Assembly (NCBI GenBank): GCA_038831915.1
Contig: JAWBKB010000004.1
Coordinates: 32,001 to 96,000 of the forward strand
DNA from: Candidatus Caldarchaeum sp.
GTDB lineage: Archaea; Thermoproteota; Nitrososphaeria_A; Caldarchaeales; Caldarchaeaceae
Direction of reading: 5' to 3'
Length of the DNA: 64,000 bases
A model generated the notes under the pieces. That model was not told the DNA's origin. It saw nothing but the letters and a program-made list of their open reading frames with translations, and did no database searches. Positions 46,315-57,757 of the stretch are shown here, piece by piece. Every line of letters starts with the position of its first letter. Position 1 is the stretch's first letter. Made by a program: the position numbers and the translations under genes.

Positions 46315-49300
46315 TTAGGAGCAGCCGGTGGTCGAGCCGCAGTTGACACAGACGTAGCAGGTTCCGCTTCTAGCCATGATGCTTCCGCATTCGGGGCATG
46401 GCGGGGCGTCGGGGGCAGGTGCTGCAGAAATGTGGTGATAGCGGACATCTTCCAGGCTTTTCGGCTTTGAGTCTGGGTTCGATGACAATCCAAGTTCCGC
46501 CAAATCTTTTTCGGGGAGGAATTTGATTGCGAGCCATTTGAAAACGTAGTCAACTACCGATGTCGCGAACCTTATCTGCGGGTTGTCGGTGAACCCGGAC
46601 GGCTCGAATCTTGTATGGATGAATTTGTCAACCAAAACCTTTAGCGGCACACCGTACTGCAACGCGATTGAGGTCACGATCGAGAAGGAATCCATCAATC
46701 CAGCGAGTGTACTTCCCTCTTTCGCCATCTTGATAAAGATTTCACCCGGCGAACCGTCTTCGTAAAGTCCGACGGTTATGTAGCCCTCTTGTTCACCGAC
46801 CCTGAATTTGTGTGTTATGGCTGTCCTTTCCGTTGGAAGTTTTCTCCGAACCGGTTTCGCAGTCTGTTCCTCCTTCTTTTTACCCGCGGTTGACAGCGGC
46901 TGTGAATGTTTGCTACCATCCCGGTAAATCGCAATACATTTGAGTCCAAGTTTCCAAGCATCCATGTAAACTGAAGCCACATCGTCTACTGTCGCTTCGT
47001 TAGGCATGTTCACCGTTTTGCTTATAGCCCCGCTGAGAAACGGCTGAACAGCGGCCATCATCAATAAGTGAGCTTTGTAGTGGACAAATCGCTTACCTTT
47101 TTTTCCAGACGGGACCGCACAGTCGAAAACTGCGATGTGTTCAGGCTTTAGATGAGGAGCACCTTCGACTGTGAACGAGCCGCAGATTATCTCTTCGGAA
47201 ATCTCTATTTCTGTATCGCTGAACCCTAGGTGTTTGAGCAATGAAAACCAAGGGTCTTTGTAAACGTTTTCGGGAATGTTTAACCTTTTCATAGTCTCAG
47301 GTCCGAGCACGTATGGGTTAATAACGTCGCTCAGTTTCGAGGCTGATATCAGCAGTTGCTCGATTTTGTTGAGCTCATCTTCCTTCAACCCCCGCGCCTT
47401 AAGTGAATAATAGTTGACGGGCTGGGTTCCGTAAAGGGTGTTGGTTCCGATAACATACTGTACTATGTCGCGTATCTCCTTCTCGCTGTAACCGAGTTTT
47501 CGCAAAGCAGGTTCGAGAGAACGGTTGACCAGTTTGAAATAGCCACCACCGACTAATTTCTTCATTTTAACTAATGAGAAGTCGGGCTCGATTCCAAGGG
47601 TGTCGCAGTCCATCAAAAGTCCTATCGTTCCGGTAGGGGCTATCAAAGTGGCTTGCGCGTTGCGGACGCCGTACTTTTCGCAAAATGAAACAGCTCTATC
47701 CCATGAGCTTCTCGCCGCGTCAAGCAAATATTTCGGAGCAAGCTCCAGCGGAGGAAGATAGGGCTTGATTTCAAGGCCTTCATATTCTTCTGGCTTAGCC
47801 CCATAGATAGCTTTGCGATGATTGTTCAACACACGTAAGACATGGCGTTTGTTTTTCTCGTATTCAGCAAAAGGGCCTGCGAAACTCGCGATTTCGGCGG
47901 ATGTGGCGTAGACTTCTCCAGTCATTAAAGCCGTTATGGCCGCGGCGACCGCCCGACCAACGTCACTATCGTAGGGATAGCCCATTCTCATCAAAAGCCC
48001 TCCGAGATTCGCGTAACCGAGGCCAAGGCTCCGCGTGCGGTAACTCATTTCAGCGATTTCGGGGCTTGGATATTGAGCCATTCCAACCGTAATTTCGAGG
48101 ACGATTGTCCAGAGCCTGACAGCATGTCTGAAGGCTTCGACATCGAAGACCCCTTTCTCTTCGTCGTAGAATTTGACAAGGTTTAGGGAAGCGAGGTTGC
48201 AGGCGGTGTTGTCCAAGAAATTAAATTCTGAACATGGGTTTGTCGCGTTGATTCGGCCAGTTTCCGGACATGTGTTCCATTCGTTGATAGTTGTGTCGAA
48301 CTGAAGACCTGGGTCTGCACACGCCCATGCAGCTTTGGCAATCTTCTCCCAAAGATAACGGGCTTTCACTCTCTTCGCGACCCTTCCATCAGTACGCCAA
48401 GTCAAGGCCCAATCTCTGTCTTCGAGAACTGCCTTCATGAATTCATTAGTGACACGGACAGAGTTGTTAGAGTTTTGGCCGGAAACCGTTTGATAAGCCT
48501 CTCCTTCAAAATCAGCAGGATATCCAGCAGACACCAATGCAGCGACCTTCTGCTCCTCCTTCACCTTCCAATCGATGAAATCCTCGATTTCCGGATGGTC
48601 GATGTTTAGAACAACCATTTTCGCAGCTCTTCTGGTGGTTCCACCTGATTTTATCGACCCCGCCACTGTGTCGCCTACTTTTAGAAAAGACATTACGCCG
48701 CTTGAAACGCCTCCGCCTGATAGAGGCTCTCCTTTGGCTCTCAGAGTCGAATAGTTGCAGCCTTCTCCACTGCCGTATTTGTATATTCTCGCCTGTTTGA
48801 CCCACGTGTCCATAATTCCGCCTGGGTTGACCAAATCATCTTTAATCGAAAGAATGAAGCACGCATGTGCCTGCGGCCGTGTGTAGGCGTCCTTTGAGGG
48901 GACCACTGCTTTAAGCTCTTCGTCGTAGTAGTAGTGGCCTTGAGCCGGCCCAGTTATTCCGTATGCCCAGTTGAGGCCTGTGTTAAACCACTGCGGAGAA
49001 TTGGGCGCGGCTATTTGCGCGATCAACATGTATTCGATTTCGTCTTGAAACGCCTGAGCGTCTTCGGCTGAGGCGAAGTAGCCGAATTTTTCACCCCAGT
49101 ATCTCCAGCAACCCGCCAGACGCCTCACCACCTGTTTCAGAGACCTTTCAGAACCTTTGACCTGTTTTCCTTCGTGGTCAACAACTGGATTGCCGTTTTC
49201 GTCGTAAAGTGGAACACCGGTTTTGCGGAAATACTTCTGCGCGAGAATATCCGTCGCGACCTGGGACCAGAAGCTGGGAACTTCAACGTCCTTCATCTCG

Positions 49301-49437
49301 AAAATGATGTTACCGCTTAGGTCTTTGATCTGAGACGTTCTTCGTTCCCATTTGAAGTAAGAAAACACATCTCTTCCATCTGTGTAAAATCGCTTTATCC
49401 GCAAACCGGCTGCCTTAGCTTGTTCCACTACAGTCAT
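46315..49437 (-). CDS. nrdJ: Class II (adenosylcobalamin-dependent) ribonucleotide reductase with C-terminal TSCPD and zinc-ribbon domain
   Basis: PNSPQWFN, ACFILS, ATNPCSE, CNLAS, IAPTGT, AISKTVN, YRDGSK, CPEC..CVNCGSTTGCS. Confidence 0.95.
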   Translation of the reverse strand: MTVVEQAKAAGLRIKRFYTDGRDVFSYFKWERRTSQIKDLSGNIIFEMKDVEVPSFWSQVATDILAQKYFRKTGVPLYDENGNPVVDHEGKQVKGSERSLKQVVRRLAGCWRYWGEKFGYFASAEDAQAFQDEIEYMLIAQIAAPNSPQWFNTGLNWAYGITGPAQGHYYYDEELKAVVPSKDAYTRPQAHACFILSIKDDLVNPGGIMDTWVKQARIYKYGSGEGCNYSTLRAKGEPLSGGGVSSGVMSFLKVGDTVAGSIKSGGTTRRAAKMVVLNIDHPEIEDFIDWKVKEEQKVAALVSAGYPADFEGEAYQTVSGQNSNNSVRVTNEFMKAVLEDRDWALTWRTDGRVAKRVKARYLWEKIAKAAWACADPGLQFDTTINEWNTCPETGRINATNPCSEFNFLDNTACNLASLNLVKFYDEEKGVFDVEAFRHAVRLWTIVLEITVGMAQYPSPEIAEMSYRTRSLGLGYANLGGLLMRMGYPYDSDVGRAVAAAITALMTGEVYATSAEIASFAGPFAEYEKNKRHVLRVLNNHRKAIYGAKPEEYEGLEIKPYLPPLELAPKYLLDAARSSWDRAVSFCEKYGVRNAQATLIAPTGTIGLLMDCDTLGIEPDFSLVKMKKLVGGGYFKLVNRSLEPALRKLGYSEKEIRDIVQYVIGTNTLYGTQPVNYYSLKARGLKEDELNKIEQLLISASKLSDVINPYVLGPETMKRLNIPENVYKDPWFSLLKHLGFSDTEIEISEEIICGSFTVEGAPHLKPEHIAVFDCAVPSGKKGKRFVHYKAHLLMMAAVQPFLSGAISKTVNMPNEATVDDVASVYMDAWKLGLKCIAIYRDGSKHSQPLSTAGKKKEEQTAKPVRRKLPTERTAITHKFRVGEQEGYITVGLYEDGSPGEIFIKMAKEGSTLAGLMDSFSIVTSIALQYGVPLKVLVDKFIHTRFEPSGFTDNPQIRFATSVVDYVFKWLAIKFLPEKDLAELGLSSNPDSKPKSLEDVRYHHISAAPAPDAPPCPECGSIMARSGTCYVCVNCGSTTGCS

Positions 49438-49537
49438 GCCGGCTACACTGTGAACCCTGGAATATAATATTGTCTTTCCTCCCTTTTTTCGACAGTTGTT
49501 TAATTGGAGAAGCTAACAATTCGAAAGGATTATTTGC

Positions 49538-50629
49538 TCATCTTGTGATTTCTTGTTGTTTGACGAATTCGTACAGCTCTTTGGCCCTTGGCGATGCTTC
49601 GAACCATTCTCTCACCGGCCACAGCAGTTTGTTCAAATATTCAGCTACTGCGTTTTTCAAATCGAGAGGATGAATCCGGCCGTCGACATAGTCTTTCTCT
49701 AAAGAAGAGTAGTCGTGATAGACAATTTCTCCACCGAACTTCGGAGGTCTTTCAACCCGAATCGACTCCGATAGAGGAAAGATGATGTATCGGCAGTATT
49801 CGAGAACAGGGTTGCCTGCTGCTTGTTTCGGAGGGCAATACGCGTTATGTATTTTCCTCTTGATAGTTTTAAAGTCGTCGTGGACATAGATGCTTGACTC
49901 GGGAATGCTTTTGCTCATCTTTGAGCTGATCTGCACATCGAGCGATTCTTCCTCTTCAAAGCCTGTCGGCCCGGTTGGACCTGACAACCCCATCAACATG
50001 TGATGATGCACTGCCACAGGTTTCCAAAAACCCAGCTTGGGCCCTAACTCTCTCGCTAGAATGTTGGCCCGACGCTGGTCAAGTCCGAGCTGGCATATCT
50101 TAGCTTCGAGCTTGAAAATGTCAGCGACCTGCATCCCCGGGTACAACAGTTGAGCGGCCTCCTGTAATTCTCCTTCCTTCCTCCCCATGATCGGCAAGCA
50201 CCTCATAACTCGTCGAAGAGTGGAGTTTCGCAAAACTTCGATGACAAGGCGCCAGTAATCTTTGTCATCAGCCAAATCACTCGCCCAAACAATTTCGACT
50301 TTGCTAATGTCGATTCCCGAAGCTTTCCAAACTTCGATGAAATATTCGCCGACTCGGCGGATTTTTTCCAAGTCTCCGCCCATTTTCCTGTTGATTGCTG
50401 CGTGCCAGTCAGCAAGCAGAAGCTTGAACCTACATCCGGCGGCAAGCATGTCGCGGAGCTTGATGGCTCGCAGGAGGGCGAAAGGAATGTGGGCTAGACC
50501 GCTGGGTTCGAAGCCGTCATATGCGACTGGATGACTCTCGGTTTCGAGGATGATTCTCAGTTCTTCGGGTGTCAAAACCTCTTCTGTGGGCTGCCGCATA
50601 ATCAATTCCATCCGTGTTTCCACGTCCAT
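49538..50629 (-). CDS. tyrS: Tyrosyl-tRNA synthetase
   Basis: [38 protein letters not shown]. Confidence 0.96.
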   Translation of the reverse strand: MDVETRMELIMRQPTEEVLTPEELRIILETESHPVAYDGFEPSGLAHIPFALLRAIKLRDMLAAGCRFKLLLADWHAAINRKMGGDLEKIRRVGEYFIEVWKASGIDISKVEIVWASDLADDKDYWRLVIEVLRNSTLRRVMRCLPIMGRKEGELQEAAQLLYPGMQVADIFKLEAKICQLGLDQRRANILARELGPKLGFWKPVAVHHHMLMGLSGPTGPTGFEEEESLDVQISSKMSKSIPESSIYVHDDFKTIKRKIHNAYCPPKQAAGNPVLEYCRYIIFPLSESIRVERPPKFGGEIVYHDYSSLEKDYVDGRIHPLDLKNAVAEYLNKLLWPVREWFEASPRAKELYEFVKQQEITR

Positions 50630-50708
50630 CTACGCCTCAGCCGCTAAACGCCTCCCTTTGCCTAGTTATATGAATATGCTCTTTAACCGCCAAATCCCTC
50701 AAAAAACA

Positions 50709-52757
50709 ATGCATAAACCCAACCGACTTATCAACGAACGCAGCCCCTACCTGCTTCAGCATGCCTACAACCCGGTAGATTGGTACCCATGGGGAGAGGA
50801 AGCCATAAACAAAGCCAAAACCGAAAACAAGCCCATTTTCCTCAGCATCGGCTATTCTTCTTGCCACTGGTGCCACGTCATGGAGAAAGAGTCTTTTGAG
50901 GATGAGAAAATCGCCGAAATCCTGAACAACCATTTTGTGCCGGTCAAAGTCGATAGGGAAGAAAGACCTGACATCGATGAAATTTACATGAAAGCGGTGC
51001 TGATGATGACGGGTCATGGTGGATGGCCGCTTTCAGTGTTTCTGACACCGGATTTGAAGCCGTTTTTCGGCGGAACGTATTTTCCACCAAGGCGGAGAGG
51101 CGGCTTGAGAGGATTCGATGAAATCCTGCGAGCAATCGCTGACCTCTGGAGCCGAAACCCGGAGGAGGTGAAAAAAGCCGCTGAACAAAACACGGAACTC
51201 CTCAAAACTTTCTATTCCCTAGGAAAGTCCGGCGAAGTTCCGAGCTACAACCTAGTGGTGCAGACCTTCGACATCATAGCATCTTCGTATGACAGCCTTT
51301 ACGGAGGATTCGGCACAGCACCAAAGTTTCCCATGCCTGTTCTAATCGAATTCCTGCAAACGTTCAGCGTACTTGACAGCAACTTAGCTGCTCTGAAAAT
51401 GGCTTCTACGACGTTGGAAAAGATGGTACGTGGTGGGATTTACGACCAGTTGGCCGGAGGGTTCTTCCGTTATTCTACTGACCGCGTCTGGCTGATTCCG
51501 CATTTCGAAAAGATGCTTTATGACAACGCTTTGCTAACCAAAACGTATCTTCAAAATTATCAGCTTACTGGAAATCGATTTTTCCGAGACATCGCGATCG
51601 AAACCTTGAACTGGATGCTTTCCGATTTATATCGCGAAGGAGGTGGATTCTATTCGGCTGTCGACGCCGACAGCCCAGAAGGCGAAGGTGCGTACTATGT
51701 TTGGCGGCTGAAAGAGGTTCATGATGTTTTGGATGAAGAATCTGCGAAGCTTGCATGCCGTGTTTTCGGCATAACCGACGCTGGAAACTTTGAACATGGA
51801 AGAAACATCTTAACGTTCAAAACAGAGCTCGAAACTATCGCGGCGCAAACCGGGTTAACCGCCGAAGAAGCGGGTGAAAAAATTAGGGAAATCAAGCGTC
51901 GAATGCTTGAAGCCCGTCGCAAACGGCCTGCGCCTGCTGTCGACGATAAAATCATCGCTTCGTGGAATGGGTTGGCTATTTCCGCGTTTTCCCTTGGCTA
52001 CAGGGTGCTGGGTGATAGGAAGTATTTAGAGGCGGCGAAGGCCACCGCAGACTTTATTCTGTCGAATATGTATGACGGTGAGAGGCTTTACAGGATTTAC
52101 CGAGGGGCAGCTGCTGTTAACGGATTTCTCGACGATTACGCGTTTATTGCGAACGGTTTACTCGACCTTTTCCAGACTGATTTTGACCCGAAATACCTCT
52201 GGGCCACAACCAACCTCGTAGACAGAATGACCTCTCTGTTTTGGGACATGAAAGATGGTGGGTTTTTCTATTCAGAGTCTGAGACAGCTAACATTTCACG
52301 GATCAAGGAAGCGTACGATGGTGTTATTCCGTCGGGGAATTCGATGGCCGCATTAACGCTTCTGAAATATGTTGACATAACAGGGCGAACAGAATATTTT
52401 GATTATGTTGAGGGTTTGTTCAGAGCGTTCGCCGCGAAGATGGAGACTTCTCCATCTGAGTATGCGTTTTTGATGACTGTTCTCGCCGGCTATCTAAAGA
52501 CGAGGACTCAAGTTGTTTTAGCTTGCGGCCAACGAAGCGAGGCGTCGGAATTTCTCAAAATCCTTAACGAAAGATATTCGCCGTTCTGTAGCATTATAGT
52601 GGTCGATGACACCAATAGGTCTGAATTGATTGAATTGTCCCGCTTAGTTGCAGACAAGCCTGTCCGAGAAGGTAAACCAACTGCTTACGTCTGTGAGAAC
52701 TTTTCGTGTAGAATGCCGGTGACTTCTGTCGATGAATTCATGAAGCTGATTCGGTGA
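50709..52757 (+). CDS. YyaL/SSP411 thioredoxin-domain + six-hairpin glycosidase-like protein
   Basis: [48 protein letters not shown]; start MHKPN at 50709. Confidence 0.93.
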   Translation: MHKPNRLINERSPYLLQHAYNPVDWYPWGEEAINKAKTENKPIFLSIGYSSCHWCHVMEKESFEDEKIAEILNNHFVPVKVDREERPDIDEIYMKAVLMMTGHGGWPLSVFLTPDLKPFFGGTYFPPRRRGGLRGFDEILRAIADLWSRNPEEVKKAAEQNTELLKTFYSLGKSGEVPSYNLVVQTFDIIASSYDSLYGGFGTAPKFPMPVLIEFLQTFSVLDSNLAALKMASTTLEKMVRGGIYDQLAGGFFRYSTDRVWLIPHFEKMLYDNALLTKTYLQNYQLTGNRFFRDIAIETLNWMLSDLYREGGGFYSAVDADSPEGEGAYYVWRLKEVHDVLDEESAKLACRVFGITDAGNFEHGRNILTFKTELETIAAQTGLTAEEAGEKIREIKRRMLEARRKRPAPAVDDKIIASWNGLAISAFSLGYRVLGDRKYLEAAKATADFILSNMYDGERLYRIYRGAAAVNGFLDDYAFIANGLLDLFQTDFDPKYLWATTNLVDRMTSLFWDMKDGGFFYSESETANISRIKEAYDGVIPSGNSMAALTLLKYVDITGRTEYFDYVEGLFRAFAAKMETSPSEYAFLMTVLAGYLKTRTQVVLACGQRSEASEFLKILNERYSPFCSIIVVDDTNRSELIELSRLVADKPVREGKPTAYVCENFSCRMPVTSVDEFMKLIR

Positions 52758-52763
52758 TAGTTT

Positions 52764-53930
52764 TTGCAAAAGTCTTACATCGTGCTGCTGTTCACTTGGA
52801 TTTCATGGTTTTGGAGCCACGGCACGCGTGTAGGCATATCGGCTGTGACACCTTTTCTTCGTCAACGATATTCGATGTCAACAGCTGAAGCAGCTGCGGT
52901 TCCCGGCATTTTCAACCTCGGTTTCTATATATTCGCCGTTTTGTCGGGCAGAGTTCCAGGAAAAATTGGCTTCAAAAAAACCGCGGCCATAGCTGCGGTA
53001 GGAGCTTCGGCCATGATGATTTTGGCGAGTCTTTTCGACAGCAAATTCATCCTTTATGGTCTTGTTTTTGCCGCTGGAATTTTTCTTTCGCTTCATCTGC
53101 CTTCAGCTATTCCATGGCTTGGAACGCTGTTTAAAGGCGGTCGTCAAGGATTTTACATCGGAATTCATGAATCGGCAGCGCCGGCCGGCCAAACCTTTGG
53201 CCCCATCGTCCTCGCTTTGTTGTTCTCCCTGCTGGGAACACAGTTTTCATTTTTAATTTGGGCGTTCATACCGTTTTTGGCCGGAGTCGGTATTCTCGCT
53301 GCCTTCTACGGAGACAAAAAATCCGAAACAACGAGGCCGGCTCTTTCTGGAGGTGTCTGGCATGGGCCTAGTTTCTACGCCCTGTCGCTAGTCACCGTCG
53401 CCAACTTAGTCGGAAACCTCGGAGTCGTGGCCATCGTCCCATTACATCTCGTCGACACCTTCGGGCTTGACAAAGCCTTCGTCGCCACGATAGTCGGCGT
53501 AAGCAGATTTCTCGGAGTCTTCGGCCAGCCACTCGGCGGGTACCTGCATGATAAACACGGGTTTTTCCGAATGGCTACAATCCTCACCATCGTTAATTTC
53601 CTGTCAAACATCTACCTCGCAATCGGCCCCTTCAACATCGTTTACTTAGCGGCGATGACCGTGCAGGCATTCGCCACCGCCATGTATTTTCCGTTAATCT
53701 ATAGCTACCTGGTAAAACTTCATGGACCGGATGCTTCCCGTTATCTGGGCAAAATGTTTTTCATCGCCGGCATCGCAGGCCCCACAACAGCCCCAATACT
53801 TGCCGGATTCCTGGCCCAAAACATCAACTACACGGCGGCGCTTCTCTACCCGACCGCTCTCGCGTTTATCGGAGTTGTTCAGGTCCTGAGTTTAAGCAGA
53901 AAACAAGCGAAAAGCTCTGCTTATATATAG
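52764..53930 (+). CDS. MFS transporter
   Basis: About 12 hydrophobic segments, GGYLHDKHG motif-A-like loop. Confidence 0.85.
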   Translation: MQKSYIVLLFTWISWFWSHGTRVGISAVTPFLRQRYSMSTAEAAAVPGIFNLGFYIFAVLSGRVPGKIGFKKTAAIAAVGASAMMILASLFDSKFILYGLVFAAGIFLSLHLPSAIPWLGTLFKGGRQGFYIGIHESAAPAGQTFGPIVLALLFSLLGTQFSFLIWAFIPFLAGVGILAAFYGDKKSETTRPALSGGVWHGPSFYALSLVTVANLVGNLGVVAIVPLHLVDTFGLDKAFVATIVGVSRFLGVFGQPLGGYLHDKHGFFRMATILTIVNFLSNIYLAIGPFNIVYLAAMTVQAFATAMYFPLIYSYLVKLHGPDASRYLGKMFFIAGIAGPTTAPILAGFLAQNINYTAALLYPTALAFIGVVQVLSLSRKQAKSSAYI

Positions 53931-53952
53931 ACCCGCAGACAAGTATACCGTC

Positions 53953-55089
53953 ATGGTTGTTCTCAGGTTTCCCGACGTGGGCGAGGGTATCGCCGAAGGC
54001 GAAGTTATCAAGTTTCTCGTCAACGAAGGTGACGTCGTCGAAAAATACCAACCCATCGTCGAAGTGATGACGGTGAAAGTTACGGTTGAAATTCCGTCCC
54101 CGGTGAAAGGAGTTGTTAAGAAAATTCTCGCCGCGCCGGGCCAAATTCTAAAGGTCGGTGACCCCTATATCGAAATTGAAACAGAGGAACCATACGCCGA
54201 GCAGCCAGTGGAGAAACCACCAGCCCCTATGCAGGAAATATTCGCAGAAAGGCCGAAAGAGATCTCGAAAGTTCTAGCCACACCCGCTGTGAAAAAACTC
54301 GCGAAGGAACTTGGAGTCGACCTCTCAACCTTGGTTGGAACCGGGCCCGGCGGAAGAATAACCGAAGAAGACGTGAGGAAAGCAGCAGCTTCCGTCGAGG
54401 AGAGAATACCCATCAAAGGCCTTCGGAGAATGATCGCTGAAAAACTCGTTCAAGCTAAGAACAAAGCAGCTCTCGTGACGGTTTTTGAAAACGTCGACGC
54501 CGGTGAGTTGGTAAACCTGCGGGATGAAATGAGAAAAGTTCAGGATGAGAAAGGGGTTAAGATGACTTATCTTCCATTAATCTTGAAAGCGGTGGTTGCT
54601 GCTGTCAAGGATGTTCCTCAGCTTAATGGATGGATAGATGAAGAAAGAAATGAAATTGTATTGTCACGAAACGTAAACATCGGAATCGCTGTTGACACAC
54701 CTGACGGCTTGCTGGTTCCCATCATCAAAAATGTTGAAACCAAAGATGTATGGACCCTGGCACGTGAAATCGACGAGCTTGCTGAAAAAGCTCGGCAGGG
54801 ACGGCTTACGTTAGACGATGTTCGCGGCGGGACCATCAGCATTTCAAACTACGGCTCGTTGGGGTCGTTATCTGGAACACCGATCATCAACTTTCCCGAA
54901 ATCGCAATAATCGGAGTTGGGAGAGTTGAGAAAAGGCCTGTCGTCAAAAACGACTCGATAGTCATAGGCCATGTGATGGAAATCGCTGTTACGATGGACC
55001 ACCGCGCAGTCGACGGAGGCTCCATGGCGAAGTTCGTCAACGCTTTGCGAACTTATCTTGAAAACATTCGCACAGTCGTGCAAGGTTGA
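53953..55089 (+). CDS. 2-oxoacid dehydrogenase E2 (dihydrolipoamide acyltransferase)
   Basis: Lipoyl domain (PDVGEGIAEG..MTVKV), E3-binding ATPAVKKLA..GTGPGGRIT, catalytic DHRAVDG. Confidence 0.93.
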   Translation: MVVLRFPDVGEGIAEGEVIKFLVNEGDVVEKYQPIVEVMTVKVTVEIPSPVKGVVKKILAAPGQILKVGDPYIEIETEEPYAEQPVEKPPAPMQEIFAERPKEISKVLATPAVKKLAKELGVDLSTLVGTGPGGRITEEDVRKAAASVEERIPIKGLRRMIAEKLVQAKNKAALVTVFENVDAGELVNLRDEMRKVQDEKGVKMTYLPLILKAVVAAVKDVPQLNGWIDEERNEIVLSRNVNIGIAVDTPDGLLVPIIKNVETKDVWTLAREIDELAEKARQGRLTLDDVRGGTISISNYGSLGSLSGTPIINFPEIAIIGVGRVEKRPVVKNDSIVIGHVMEIAVTMDHRAVDGGSMAKFVNALRTYLENIRTVVQG

Positions 55090-55709
55090 CCGATTTATCA
55101 AGTCTCGGATTCGAGCCGAACGTCTGGTATGAAACAATAGTCACCACGTACAACGATGACCACCGCCCTAACGCCGCCGCCATGGGATGCATTACCTTCA
55201 ACCAGCAACATCTTGTTCTGAGGCCTTTCAAAAACACCGCGACATATTCAAACATCATGAGGCGGAGAAGGGCAGCTGTAAACATCACCCATGACCCTGA
55301 GCTGTTCTACCGCGCAGTGTTCAAGAAAGAAATGTTGTTCACGGCCGGCGAATTCGCGGATGTGCCGGTTTTGAAGGAATGCGACGCCGCTATCGAAGTC
55401 ATCATCGATGATGTGAAATCTTTCGACGAACAACGGGCTGAAATAGTAATGTCCCCAACACATATCCACAAGTACGCGACTGGAATCCACCCCTATTCAC
55501 GGGTAGAAAGCGCCTTGATAGAATCACTCATCCATTACACACGCGTCGCCGTTTTTCTCCACACCGAACGACATGGAGAAGCCCTAAACTTAATTGAAAA
55601 AATCCGCGAAAACATCCAACTCGTCCGACGACTATCGAAAAAACCGATGCATCTACAGATCTGCGAAGAAATCATCAATTCTGTTAAGCAAAGCGTGAAG
55701 AATCCGTGA
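55086..55709 (+). CDS. DUF447 family FMN-binding split-barrel protein
   Basis: ETIVTT..PNAAAMG, T..N, AAVNIT.D, ALIESLIHYTR. Confidence 0.8.
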   Translation: MTDLSSLGFEPNVWYETIVTTYNDDHRPNAAAMGCITFNQQHLVLRPFKNTATYSNIMRRRRAAVNITHDPELFYRAVFKKEMLFTAGEFADVPVLKECDAAIEVIIDDVKSFDEQRAEIVMSPTHIHKYATGIHPYSRVESALIESLIHYTRVAVFLHTERHGEALNLIEKIRENIQLVRRLSKKPMHLQICEEIINSVKQSVKNP

Positions 55710-56638
55710 AAATCCGCGTAACAGCTTACTCGCGCCTTCATCTGGGGCTGTACGAGTTGGGCGCCCATTTCGGAAGACGGTTCGGCGGCTTGGGAGTGTA
55801 TGTTGAGGAGCCTCGAATTATCGTCGAAGCCCAGCCGCATGAGTACTTGGTGGTTTCCGGCGACCGAAAACAAGACACTCTGGAAACGGTTCAAATTATC
55901 AGAAAAAGTTTCGGGAGGAAAGCACGTTTGCTTATTAAAGTGTCGGCTCAAACCCCCTTACACAGAGGGTTCGGCTCCGTCACGCAGCACAAACTCGCAG
56001 TGGCTATGGCTGTTCTCAACACATGGAACATCGACCATGACATTTACCAGCTTGCGAAAATTCTGGGCCGAGGCACCATTTCAAACATCGGAACCATCCT
56101 ATTCCATCAAGGCGGGTTCGTCGTAGAATTTCCGAAAAAAGATACGACGCAAAGACCCTCATTTATCCGGATAAGCTTTCCCGAAACATGGAGTTTCGTC
56201 GTAGCCTATCCCCTGCATGAATCAGGGCCCGACGACACGACCGAATCAATTCTATTCCGCCAATTGAAACCCATGGAGCAGTATGAATGCATGCAACTCA
56301 GCCACATAGTATTCTCTATACTCGTGCCGTCGTTGCTGGAACATAATTTCGACGAATTCGCAGAAGCACTCTCTAATTTCCAAAAACTCGTCGGCAGGTA
56401 TTTTTCACATGTTCAGGGAGGAGTTTTTCGGTCGGCGAAAGCCGTTGAAGCGTTGGAAAAGTCTGGGGCGGTTGGTGTCGGGCAAAGTTCATGGGGGCCG
56501 GCGGTTTACGGGCTTTGCCAAACAATGGATAAAGCTGTAGAAGTAGCGCGTGCAGTTCGTCAGCTCCTCGGCCCTGATTGGGTTGTGTTCTCTGCCAAAG
56601 CCGTCAACCACGGCGCGGAAATTTCAGTCACTCCGTAA
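55706..56638 (+). CDS. Beta-ribofuranosylaminobenzene 5'-phosphate (RFAP) synthase, GHMP family
   Basis: SRLHLGL..RRFGGLG, H.G.GS.TQ, GRG..S.IG, GGFVV, GQSSWGP. Confidence 0.88.
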   Translation: MKIRVTAYSRLHLGLYELGAHFGRRFGGLGVYVEEPRIIVEAQPHEYLVVSGDRKQDTLETVQIIRKSFGRKARLLIKVSAQTPLHRGFGSVTQHKLAVAMAVLNTWNIDHDIYQLAKILGRGTISNIGTILFHQGGFVVEFPKKDTTQRPSFIRISFPETWSFVVAYPLHESGPDDTTESILFRQLKPMEQYECMQLSHIVFSILVPSLLEHNFDEFAEALSNFQKLVGRYFSHVQGGVFRSAKAVEALEKSGAVGVGQSSWGPAVYGLCQTMDKAVEVARAVRQLLGPDWVVFSAKAVNHGAEISVTP

Positions 56639-57730
56639 ATTTTTGACTATTTCCTCGGCTTTGAATCCAACGAGCTTCACGTGGTCTAAAACCGTACCAG
56701 AAGATTTTCTAATTTCGAGAACATCGACGAGCTCACTGTAGCGGCCGCCGCCGAAACCATCAGCGACGAGCGCAGCCCCCATCGCCACGTCCTTAGCACG
56801 TCTCGCAAAAACGTTAACCGGCCTTCTAGCCCGTAATTCCAGCTTGCGGTAGACCGCCGACTTAACTTCACGTCGAATAGTTTCGACACGGGACAAACGA
56901 CCCGTCAAAACAACTTCCATCGGCTTACGGTCCATGACTGATGTAAGGGCTGCGACAGCTTTTAACACTCCTTCCACAAAGCTTTTCGCATATTCGCTGT
57001 ATTTATTGTGCCATCCCGAAACGAATTCGTCTAACGGTGTTTCCTTTCCCGTGGGCATCCAAGCGATGCCTCCCTCGAACAACCTTTTCTTGCTAAACTC
57101 GCCGAGAAGATATGCGAGTTCTCCGTCCATCATTCCAAGTGAAAGATAGCCGGGGCCGGGGAATATTGTGCCGCCGATTCCGTCGATGATTTTTCCATTT
57201 TCAACCGCTATCGCCGCGTTGTAGCCCAGACCCATTTCAACACAGATTAGACAAGTATCTTCGAAACTGATGTTACGTGTTTTTGCTTGGTCCCACACCG
57301 CGTAAGCTGTTACGCAGGTTTTGTCGGCCGTTCCCATGTCAATTTTGTTAAACTTCCTATGAATTGGAACGGTGGGAAGCTGCACCACACCAGGAACGGT
57401 ATAAGCCTTGACTCCGGCGTTTTTCATCGACTTCAACAAACGTCTGACAGCAGAAAGAACGGGCGCTCCGTAATCGCTCACCTTCTCCAAAGTCGTTAAC
57501 GAAACATCGTTTTCAGTGAGTTCTGATACTGGCATGAATCTTAGCCCGTATCCCGATGGCCCTGCCACGACATCCGGCTCCAGCTCAAGAATCATTTTCA
57601 TAATTTTTTCCGTATAGGTTGCGACCGTTTTCGACGGAACCGATTCGTCCAACAAAACTTTGTTAACGTCGTCTTCGATGCAGCAAAAGTCGAAGTTGCC
57701 TGTTCCAGGGTCTATTCCAAGGGCCTTCAC
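56624..57730 (-). CDS. DUF1464 family protein (ASKHA/butyrate kinase-like fold)
   Basis: GIDPGT..D, GPSGYG, PGVVQLPTVP.HRK.NKIDMGTADK, IDGIGG, DGELAY. Confidence 0.85.
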   Translation of the reverse strand: MKALGIDPGTGNFDFCCIEDDVNKVLLDESVPSKTVATYTEKIMKMILELEPDVVAGPSGYGLRFMPVSELTENDVSLTTLEKVSDYGAPVLSAVRRLLKSMKNAGVKAYTVPGVVQLPTVPIHRKFNKIDMGTADKTCVTAYAVWDQAKTRNISFEDTCLICVEMGLGYNAAIAVENGKIIDGIGGTIFPGPGYLSLGMMDGELAYLLGEFSKKRLFEGGIAWMPTGKETPLDEFVSGWHNKYSEYAKSFVEGVLKAVAALTSVMDRKPMEVVLTGRLSRVETIRREVKSAVYRKLELRARRPVNVFARRAKDVAMGAALVADGFGGGRYSELVDVLEIRKSSGTVLDHVKLVGFKAEEIVKNLRSD

Positions 57731-57757
57731 AAACCAAGAAAAAAGAGGGTGGAATTT

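Noticed and set aside
46315-49437. Intein in the ribonucleotide reductase or RNA polymerase subunits
   Set aside because: No C/S..HN-C/S/T splice junctions or LAGLIDADG blocks seen; lengths fit intein-free proteins
50550-50708. N-terminal extension of the YyaL ORF
   Set aside because: It overlaps the divergent tyrS start; the conserved N-terminus starts at ATG 50709
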